This document shows, one piece after another, positions 53,988 to 64,000 of a stretch of 64,000 bases of DNA (positions are counted from its first letter, which is position 1; each line of letters opens with the position of its first letter). The notes under the pieces are model-generated. The model worked only from the letters and a program-made list of their open reading frames with translations, was not told where the DNA came from and did not search any database. Source of the stretch: the human T2T-CHM13v2.0 reference genome, Homo sapiens; the NCBI RefSeq assembly GCF_009914755.1, contig NC_060940.1. One strand, given 5' to 3'. The position numbers and the translations under genes are program-made.

Positions 53988-56900
53988 GTGATGTGTGCGT
54001 TCAACTCACAGAGTTTAACTTTTCTTTTCATTCAGCAGTTTGGAAACACTCTGTTTGTAAAGTCTGCAAGTGGATATCTTGGCCTCTTAGAGGCCTTCGT
54101 TGGAAACGCGTTTTTTCATGTAAGGTTAGACAGAGGAATTCCCAGTAACTTCCTTGTGTTGTGTGCATTCAACTCACAGAGTTGAATGATTCTTTACACA
54201 GAGCTGATTTGAGACACACTTTTGGTGGAATTTGTAAGTGGAGAATTCAGACGCTTTGAGGTCAACGGTAGAAAAGGAAATATCTTCGTATAAAAACTAG
54301 AAAGAATGATTCTCAGAAACTGTTTTGTGATGTGTGCGTTCAACTCAAAGAGTTTAACCTTTGTTTTCAAAGAGCAGTTAGGAAACACTCTGTTTGTAAA
54401 GTCTGCAAGTGGATATTCAGACCTCTTTGAAGCCTTCGTTGGAAACGGGATTTCTTCATATTATGCTAGACAGATGAATTCTCAGTAACTTCCTTGTGTT
54501 GTGTGTATTCAACTCACAGAGTTGAACGATCCTTTACACAGAGCAGATTTGAAACACTGTTTTTCTGGAATTTGCAAGTGGAGATTTCAGCCGCTTTGAG
54601 GTCAATGGTAGAAAAGGAAATATCTTCGTATAAAAACTAGACAGAATGATTCTCAGAAACTCCTTTGTGATGTGTGCGTTCAACTCACAGAGTTTAACCT
54701 TTCTTTTCACAGAGCAGTTAGGAAACACTCTGTTTGTGAAGCCTGCCAGTGGATATGCGGACCTCTTTGAGGCCTTCGTTGGAAACGGGATTTCTTCATA
54801 TTATGCTAGACAGAAGATTTCTCAGTAACTTCTTGGTGTTGTGTGTATGCAACTCACAGAGTTCAACCTTCCTTTAGACAGAGCAGATTTGAAACACTCT
54901 TTTTGTGGAATTTGCAAGTGGAGATTTCAAGCGCTTCGATGCCAATGGTAGAAAAGGAAATATCTTCGTATAAAAACAAGACAAACTCGTTCCCAGACAC
55001 TGCGTAGTGATGTGTGTGTTTAACTCACAGAGTTTCACCTTTCTTTTCATACAGCATTCTGGAAACCCTCTGTTTGTAAAGTCTGCAAGTGGATATTTGG
55101 ACCTCTTAGATGCCTTCGTTGCAAACGGGATTTCTTCATATAATGCTAGAGGGAAGAATTCTTAGTAACTTCTTTGTGTTGTGTGTATTCAACGGACAGA
55201 GTTGAACCTTCCTTTAGACAGAGCAGATTTGAAAGTCTCTTTTTGTGGAATTTGCAAGTGGAGATTTCAAGCGCTTTGAGGCCAAAAGCAGAAAAGGAAA
55301 TATTTTCCTATAAAAACTCGACAGAATCTTTCTCAGAAACTGCTCTGGGATGTGTGCGTTCAACTCACAGAGTTTAACTTTTCTTTTCATTCAGCAGTTT
55401 GGAAACACTCTGTTTGGAAAGTCTGCACGTGGATATTTTGACCTCTTTGAGGCCTTCGTTGGAAACGGGTTTTTTTCATGTAAGGCTAGACAGAAGAAAT
55501 CTCAGTAACTTCCTTGTGTTGTGTGTATTCAACTGACAGAGTTGAACCTTCCTTTAGACAGAGCAGATTCGAAACACTCTTTTTCTGCAATTTGCAAGTG
55601 GAGACTTCAAGCGCTTTGAGGCCAAAGGGCAGAAAAGGAAATATCTTCGTATAAAAACCCGACAGAATCATTCTCAGAAACTGCTCTGTGATGTGTGCGT
55701 TCAACTCACAGAGTTTAACTTTTCTTTTCATTCAGCAGTTTGGAAACACTCTGTTTGTAAAGTCTGCAAGTGGATATCTTGGCCTCTTAGAGGCCTTCGT
55801 TGGAAGCGGGTTTTTTCATGTAAGGATAGACAGAGGAATTCCCAGTAACTTCCTTGTGTTGTGTGCATTCAACTCACAGAGTTGAATGATTCTTTACACA
55901 GAGCAGATTTGAGACACTCTTTTGGTGGAATTTGTAAGTGGAGAATTCAGCCGCTTGAGGTCAACGGTAGAAAAGGAAATATCTTCGTATAAAAACTAGA
56001 CAGAATGATTCTCAGAAACTGTTTTGTGATGTGTGCGTTCAACTCACAGAGTTTAACCTTTCTTTTCAAAGAGCAGTTAGGAAACACTCTGTTTGTAAAG
56101 TCTGCAAGAGGATATTCAGACCTCTTTGAGGCCTTCGTTGGAAACGGGATTTCTTCATATTATGCTAGACAGATGAATTCTCAGTAACTTCCTTGTGTTG
56201 TGTGTATTCAACTCACAGAGTTGAACGATCCTTTACACAGAGCAGATTTGAAACACTGTTTTTCTGGAATTTGCAAGTGGAGATTTCAGCCGCTTTGAGG
56301 TCAATGGTAGAAAAGGAAATATCTTCGTATAAAACTAGACAGAATGATTCTCAGAAACTCCTTTGTGATGTGTGCGTTCAACTCACAGAGTTTAACCTTT
56401 CTTTTCACAGAGCAGTTAGGAAACACTCTGTTTGTGAAGCCTGCCAGTGGATATTCGGACCTCTTTGAGGCCTTCGTTGGAAACGGGATTTCTTCATATT
56501 ATGCTATTCAGAAGATTTCTCAGTAACTTCTTTGTGTTGTGTGTATGCAACTCACAGAGTTCAACCTTCCTTAGACAGAGCAGATTTGAAACACTCTTTT
56601 TGTGGAATTTGCAAGTGGAGATTTCAAGCGCTTCGATGCCAATGGTAGAAAAGGAAATATCTTCGTATAAAAACAAGACAAACTCGTTCCCAGACACTGC
56701 GTAGTGATGTGTGTGTTTAACTCACAGAGTTTAACCTTTCTTTTCATACAGCATTCTGGAAACCCTGTGTTTGTAAAGTCTGCAAGTGGATATTTGGACC
56801 TCTTAGATGCCTTCGTTGGAAACGGGATTTTCTTCATATAATGCTAGAGGGAAGAATTCTTAGTAACTTCTTTGTGTTGTGTGTATTCAACTGACAGAGT

Positions 56901-59900
56901 TGAACCTTCCTTTAGACAGAGCAGATTTGAAAGTCTCTTTTTGTGGAATTTGCAAGTGGAGATTTCAAGCGCTTTGAGGCCAAAAGCAGAAAAGGAAATA
57001 TTTTCCTATAAAAACTCGACAGAATCTTTCTCAGAAACTGCTCTGGGATGTGTGCGTTCAACTCACAGAGTTTAACTTTTCTTTTCATTCAGCAGTTTGG
57101 AAACACTCTGTTTGGAAAGTCTGCACGTGGATATTTTGACCTCTTTGAGGCCTTCGTTGGAACGGGTTTTTTTCATGTAAGGCTAGACAGAAGAAATCTC
57201 AGTAACTTCCTTGTGTTGTGTGTATTCAACTGACAGAGTTGAACCTTCCTTTAGACAGAGCAGATTCGAAACACTCTTTTTCTGCAATTTGCAAGTGGAG
57301 ACTTCAAGCGCTTTGAGGCCAAAGGCAGAAAAGGAAATATCTTCGTATAAAAACCCGACAGAATCATTCTCAGAAACTGCTCTGTGATGTGTGCGTTCAA
57401 CTCACAGAGTTTAACTTTTCTTTTCATTCAGCAGTTTGGAAACACTCTGTTTGTAAAGTCTGCAAGTGGATATCTTGGCCTCTTAGAGGCCTTCGTTGGA
57501 AACGGGTTTTTTTCATGTAAGGATAGACACAGTAATTCCCAGTAACTTCCTTGTGTTGTGTGCATTCAACTCACAGAGTTGAATGATTCTTTACACAGAG
57601 CAGTTTTGAGACACTCTTTTGGTGGAATTTGTAAGTGGAGAATTCAGCCGCTTTGAGGTCAACGGTAGAAAAGGAAATATCTTCGTATAAAAACTAGACA
57701 GAATGATTCTCAGAAACTGTTTTGTGATGTGTGCGTTCAACTCACAGAGTTTAACCTTTCTTTTCAAAGAGCAGTTAGGAAACACTCTGTTTGTAAAGTC
57801 TGCAAGAGGATATTCAGACCTCTTTGAGGCCTTCGTTGGAAACGGGATTTCTTCATATTATGCTAGACAGATGAATTCTCAGTAACTTCCTTGTGTTGTG
57901 TGTATTCAACTCACAGAGTTGAACGATCCTTTACACAGAGCAGATTTGAAACACTGTTTTTCTGGAATTTGCAAGTGGAGATTTCAGCCGCTTTGAGGTC
58001 AATGGTAGAAAAGGAAATATCTTCGTATAAAAACTAGACAGAATGATTCTCAGAAACTCCTTTGTGATGTGTGCGTTCAACTCACAGAGTTTAACCTTTC
58101 TTTTCACAGAGCAGTTAGGAAACACTCTGTTTGTGAAGCCTGCCAGTGGATATGCGGACCTCTTTGAGGCCTTCGTTGGAAACGGGATTTCTTCATATTA
58201 TGCTAGACAGAAGATTTCTCAGTAACTTCTTTGTGTTGTGTGTATGCAACTCACAGAGTTCAACCTTCCTTTAGACAGAGCAGATTTGAAACACTCTTTT
58301 TGTGGAATTTGCAAGTGGAGATTTCAAGCGCTTCGATGCCAATGGTAGAAAAGGAAATATCTTCGTATAAAAACAAGACAAACTCGTTCCCAGACACTGC
58401 GTAGTGATGTGTGTGTTTAACTCACAGAGTTTCACCTTTCTTTTCATACAGCATTCTGGAAACCCTGTGTTTGTAAAGTCTGCAAGTGGATATTTGGACC
58501 TCTTAGATGCCTTCGTTGCAAACGGGATTTCTTCATATAATGCTAGAGGGAAGAATTCTTAGTAACTTCTTTGTGTTGTGTGTATTCAACTGACAGAGTT
58601 GAACCTTCCTTTAGACAGAGCAGATTTGAAAGTCTCTTTTTGTGGAATTTGCAAGTGGAGATTTCAAGCGCTTTGAGGCCAAAAGCAGAAAAGGAAATAT
58701 TTTCCTATAAAAACTCGACAGAATCTTTCTCAGAAACTGCTCTGGGATGTGTGCGTTCAACTCACAGAGTTTAACTTTTCTTTTCATTCAGCAGATTGGA
58801 AACACTCTGTTTGGAAAGTCTGCACGTGGATATTTTGACCTCTTTGAGGCCTTCGTTGGAAACGGGTTTTTTTCATGTAAGGCTAGACAGAAGAAATCTC
58901 AGTAACTTCCTTGTGTTGTGTGTATTCAACTGACAGAGTTGAACCTTCCTTTAGACAGAGCAGATTCGAAACACTCTTTTTCTGCAATTTGCAAGTGGAG
59001 ACTTCAAGCGCTTTGAGGCCAAAGGCAGAAAAGGAAATATCTTCGTATAAAAACCCGACAGAATCATTCTCAGAAACTGCTCTGTGATGTGTGCGTTCAA
59101 CTCACAGAGTTTTAACTTTTCTTTTCATTCAGCAGTTTGGAAACACTCTGTTTGTAAAGTCTGCAAGTGGATATCTTGGCCTCTTAGAGGCCATCGTTGG
59201 AAACGGGTTTTTTCATGTAAGGATAGACAGAGGAATTCCCAGTAACTTCCTTGTGTTGTGTGCATTCAACTCACAGAGTTGAATGATTCTTTACACAGAG
59301 CAGATTTGAGACACTCTTTTGGTGGAATTTGTAAGTGGAGAATTCAGCCGCTTTGAGGTCAACGGTAGAAAAGGAAATATCTTCGTATAAAAACTAGACA
59401 GAATGATTCTCAGAAACTGTTTTGTGATGTGTGCGTTCAACTCACAGAGTTTAACCTTTTCTTTTCAAAGAGCAGTTAGGAAACACTCTGTTTGTAAAGT
59501 CTGCAAGAGGATATTCAGACCTCTTTGAGGCCTTCGTTGGAAACGGGATTTCTTCATATTATGCTAGACAGATGAATTCTCAGTAACTTCCTTGTGTTGT
59601 GTGTATTCAACTCACAGAGTTGAACGATCCTTTACACAGAGCAGATTTGAAACACTGTTTTTCTGGAATTTGCAAGTGGAGATTTCAGCCGCTTTGAGGT
59701 CAATGGTAGAAAAGGAAATATCTTCGTATAAAAACTAGACAGAATGATTCTCAGAAACTCCTTTGTGATGTGTGCGTTCAACTCACAGAGTTTAACCTTT
59801 CTTTTCACAGAGCAGTTAGGAAACACTCTGTTTGTGAAGCCTGCCAGTGGATATTCGGACCTCTTTGAGGCCTTCGTTGGAAACGGGATTTCTTCATATT

Positions 59901-62900
59901 ATGCTATTCAGAAGATTTCTCAGTAACTTCTTTGTGTTGTGTGTATGCAACTCACAGAGTTCAACCTTCCTTTAGACAGAGCAGATTTGAAACACTCTTT
60001 TTGTGGAATTTGCAAGTGGAGATTTCAAGCGCTTCGATGCCAATGGTAGAAAAGGAAATATCTTCGTATAAAAACAAGACAAACTCGTTCCCAGACACTG
60101 CGTAGTGATGTGTGTGTTTAACTCACAGAGTTTAACCTTTCTTTTCATACAGCATTCTGGAAACCCTGTGTTTGTAAAGTCTGCAAGTGGATATTTGGAC
60201 CTCTTAGATGCCTTCGTTGGAAACGGGATTTCTTCATATAATGCTAGAGGGAAGAATTCTTAGTAACTTCTTTGTGTTGTGTGTATTCAACTGACAGAGT
60301 TGAACCTTCCTTTAGACAGAGCAGATTTGAAAGTCTCTTTTGTGGAATTTGCAAGTGGAGATTTCAAGCGCTTTGAGGCCAAAAGCAGAAAAGGAAATAT
60401 TTTCCTATAAAAACTCGACAGAATCTTTCTCAGAAACTGCTCTGGGATGTGTGCGTTCAACTCACAGAGTTTAACTTTTCTTTTCATTCAGCAGTTTGAA
60501 AACACTCTGTTTGGAAAGTCTGCACGTGGATATTTTGACCTCTTTGAGGCCTTCGTTGGAAACGGGTTTTTTTCATGTAAGGCTAGACAGAAGAAATCTC
60601 AGTAACTTCCTTGTGTTGTGTGTATTCAACTGACAGAGTTGAACCTTCCTTTAGACAGAGCAGATTCGAAACACACTTTTTCTGCAATTTGCAAGTGGAG
60701 ACTTCAAGCGCTTTGAGGCCAAAGGCAGAAAAGGAAATATCTTCGTATAAAAACCCGACAGAATCATTCTCAGAAACTGCTCTGTGATGTGTGCGTTCAA
60801 CTCACAGAGTTTAACTTTTCTTTTCATTCAGCAGTTTGGAAACACTCTGTTTGTAAAGTCTGCAAGTGGATATCTTGGCCTCTTAGAGGCCTTCGTTGGA
60901 AACGGGTTTTTTCATGTAAGGATAGACAGAGGAATTCCCAGTAACTTCCTTGTGTTGTGTGCATTCAACTCACAGAGTTGAATGATTCTTTACACAGAGC
61001 AGATTTGAGACACTCTTTTGGTGGAATTTGTAAGTGGAGAATTCAGCCGCTTTGAGGTCAACGGTAGAAAGGAAATATCTTCGTATAAAAACTAGACAGA
61101 ATGATTCTCAGAAACTGTTTTGTGATGTGTGCGTTCAACTCACAGAGTTTAACCTTTCTTTTCAAAGAGCAGTTAGGAAACACTCTGTTTGTAAAGTCTG
61201 CAAGTGGATATTCAGACCTCTTTGAGGCCTTCGTTGGAAACGGGATTTCTTCATATTATGCTAGACAGATGAATTCTCAGTAACTTCCTTGTGTTGTGTG
61301 TATTCAACTCACAGAGTTGAACGATCCTTTACACAGAGCAGATTTGAAACACTGTTTTTCTGGAATTTGCAAGTGGAGATTTCAGCCGCTTTGAGGTCAA
61401 TGGTAGAAAAGGAAATATCTTCGTATAAAAACTAGACAGAATGATTCTCAGAAACTCCTTTGTGATGTGTGCGTTCAACTCACAGGGTTTAACCTTTCTT
61501 TTCACAGAGCAGTTAGGAAACACTCTGTTTGTGAAGCCTGCCAGTGGATATTCGGACCTCTTTGAGGCCTTCGTTGGAAACGGGATTTCTTCATATTATG
61601 CTAGACAGAAGATTTCTCAGTAACTTCTTTGTGTTGTGTGTATGCAACTCACAGAGTTCAACCTTCCTTTAGACAGAGCAGATTTGAAACACTCTTTTTG
61701 TGGAATTTGCAAGTGGAGATTTCAAGCGCTTCGATGCCAATGGTAGAAAAGGAAATATCTTCGTATAAAAACAAGACAAACTCGTTCCCAGACACTGCGT
61801 AGTGATGTGTGTGTTTAACTCACAGAGTTTAACCTTTCTTTTCATACAGCATTCTGGAAACCCTCTGTTTGTAAAGTCTGCAAGTGGATATTTGGACCTC
61901 TTAGATGCCTTCGTTGGAAACGGATTTCTTCATATAATGCTAGAGGGAAGAATTCTTAGTAACTTCTTTGTGTTGTGTGTATTCAACTGACAGAGTTGAA
62001 CCTTCCTTTAGACAGAGCAGATTTGAAAGTCTCTTTTGTGGAATTTGCAAGTGGAGATTTCAAGCGCTTTGAGGCCAAAAGCAGAAAAGGAAATATTTTC
62101 CTATAAAAACTCGACAGAATCTTTCTCAGAAACTGCTCTGGGATGTGTGCGTTCAACTCACAGAGTTTAACTTTTCTTTTCATTCAGCAGTTTGGAAACA
62201 CTCTGTTTGGAAAGTCTGCACGTGGATATTTTGACCTCTTTGAGGCCTTCGTTGGAAACGGGTTTTTTTCATGTAAGGCTAGACAGAAGAAATCTCAGTA
62301 ACTTCCTTGTGTTGTGTGTATTCAACTGACAGAGTTGAACCTTCCTTTAGACAGAGCAGATTCGAAACACTCTTTTTCTGCAATTTGCAAGTGGAGACTT
62401 CAAGCGCTTTGAGGCCAAAGGCAGAAAGGAAATATCTTCGTATAAAAACCCGACAGAATCATTCTCAGAAACTGCTCTGTGATGTGTGCGTTCAACTCAC
62501 AGAGTTTAACTTTTCTTTTCATTCAGCAGTTTGGAAACACTCTGTTTGTAAAGTCTGCAAGTGGATATCTTGGCCTCTTAGAGGCCTTCGTTGGAAACGG
62601 GTTTTTTCATGTAAGGTTAGACAGAGGAATTCCAGTAACTTCCTTGTGTTGTGTGCATTCAACTCACAGAGTTGAATGATTCTTTACACAGAGCAGTTTT
62701 GAGACACTCTTTTGGTGGAATTTGTAAGTGGAGAATTCAGCCGCTTTGAGGTCAACGGTAGAAAAGGAAATATCTTCGTATAAAAACTAGACAGAATGAT
62801 TCTCAGAAACTGTTTTGTGATGTGTGCGTTCAACTCACAGAGTTTAACCTTTCTTTTCAAAGAGCAGTTAGGAAACACTCTGTTTGTAAAGTCTGCAAGT

Positions 62901-64000
62901 GGATATTCAGACCTCTTTGAGGCCTTCGTTGGAAACGGGATTTCTTCATATTATGCTAGACAGATGAATTCTCAGTAACTTCCTTGTGTTGTGTGTATTC
63001 AACTCACAGAGTTGAACGATCCTTTACACAGAGCAGATTTGAAACACTGTTTTTCTGGAATTTGCAAGTGGAGATTTCAGCCGCTTTGAGGTCAATGGTA
63101 GAAAAGGAAATATCTTCGTATAAAAACTAGACAGAATGATTCTCAGAAACTCCTTTGTGATGTGTGCGTTCAACTCACAGGGTTTAACCTTTCTTTTCAC
63201 AGAGCAGTTAGGAAACACTCTGTTTGTGAAGCCTGCCAGTGGATATTCGGACCTCTTTGAGGCCTTCGTTGGAAACGGGATTTCTTCATATTATGCTAGA
63301 CAGAAGATTTCTCAGTAACTTCTTTGTGTTGTGTGTATGCAACTCACAGAGTTCAACCTTCCTTTAGACAGAGCAGATTTGAAACACTCTTTTTGTGGAA
63401 TTTGCAAGTGGAGATTTCAAGCGCTTCGATGCCAATGGTAGAAAAGGAAATATCTTCGTATAAAAACAAGACAAACTCGTTCCCAGACACTGCGTAGTGA
63501 TGTGTGTGTTTAACTCACAGAGTTTCACCTTTCTTTTCATACAGCATTCTGGAAACCCTCTGTTTGTAAAGTCTGCAAGTGGATATTTGGACCTCTTAGA
63601 TGCCTTCGTTGCAAACGGGATTTCTTCATATAATGCTAGAGGGAAGAATTCTTAGTAACTTCTTTGTGTTGTGTGTATTCAACTGACAGAGTTGAACCTT
63701 CCTTTAGACAGAGCAGATTTGAAAGTCTCTTTTTGTGGAATTTGCAAGTGGAGATTTCAAGCGCTTTGAGGCCAAAAGCAGAAAAGGAAATATTTTCCTA
63801 TAAAAACTCGACAGAATCTTTCTCAGAAACTGCTCTGGGATGTGTGCGTTCAACTCACAGAGTTTAACTTTTCTTTTCATTCAGCAGTTTGGAAACACTC
63901 TGTTTGGAAAGTCTGCACGTGGATATTTTGACCTCTTTGAGGCCTTCGTTGGAAACGGGTTTTTTTCATGTAAGGCTAGACAGAAGAAATCTCAGTAACT
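53988..64000 (+). repeat. Run of five 10-mer HORs plus a final unit truncated by the window edge
   Basis: Anchors at 53988, 55688, 57384, 59084, 60784 and 62479. Confidence 0.88.

Larger units (their letters stand above)
1..64000 (+). repeat. Centromeric alpha-satellite HOR array, SF1 dimeric type, 10-mer (~1.7 kb) HOR; probably human chr16 D16Z2 (S1C16H1L)
   Basis: Seen: continuous ~170-bp alphoid monomers (CATTCTCAGAAAC..., TTCAACTCACAGAG, GCAAGTGGA), a ~340-bp dimer, CTTCGTTGGAAACGGG in alternate monomers, and near-identical units every ~1699 bp. Knowledge: this dimer sequence matches the SF1 J1/J2 type, and the known SF1 10-mer 1.7-kb HOR is D16Z2. The alpha-satellite call is essentially certain; the chromosome assignment is inference (~0.7). 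Confidence 0.98.

Noticed and set aside
34-63867. Many recurring 60-70 aa ORFs on both strands
   Set aside because: They are chance reading frames of alpha-satellite monomers that recur at the HOR period. Many start at non-ATG codons, and I recognise no protein family.
1-64000. CRISPR-like or other repeat-spacer system
   Set aside because: The sequence between conserved motifs is itself repeated alphoid DNA. There are no unique spacers and no associated genes.
1-64000. Transposon insertion, inversion or divergent monomeric layer
   Set aside because: Anchor spacings account for the whole window as 6-, 8- and 10-mers. The CENP-B boxes I read are all on the + strand, and I saw no poly-A tail or Alu/L1 sequence.
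1-64000. Assignment to D7Z1 (6-mer), D10Z1 or D12Z3 (8-mer), or D1Z7/D5Z2/D19Z3
   Set aside because: The dominant unit is a 10-mer, and the 6- and 8-mers contain hybrid junctions that mark them as its deletion derivatives. D16Z2 fits better, though alignment is needed to confirm.

Overview
The whole 64-kb window is one uninterrupted, single-orientation human-type centromeric alpha-satellite array. It is built from ~170-bp monomers in a suprachromosomal family 1 (SF1)-type A/B dimer of ~340 bp, with a CENP-B box in every second monomer. Spacing of a unit-specific anchor monomer gives 42 anchors and 41 complete higher-order repeat (HOR) units: 30 canonical 10-mers (~1695-1700 bp), 10 six-mer deletion variants (1013-1015 bp) and 1 eight-mer variant (1358 bp), followed by a partial final unit. 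A 1.7-kb SF1 10-mer best fits the active chromosome 16 array D16Z2 (S1C16H1L); this is inferred from HOR size and family, not from an alignment. I see no genes, transposon insertions or inversions, and every listed ORF is a by-product of the repeat. I found no novel gene system. The interesting signal is array architecture: a 6+10 (16-mer, ~2.71 kb) super-repeat carrying a broken CENP-B box, deletion and haplotype-switch breakpoints at CENP-B boxes, nested duplications at 2.7, 3.4, 4.4, 12.9 and 16.0 kb, an out-of-register conversion tract, and a burst of singleton 1-bp indels after ~45.6 kb that is probably sequencing or consensus error. Unit coordinates use an arbitrary phase, the GTG of ...CTGCTCT[GTG]ATG at position 34.
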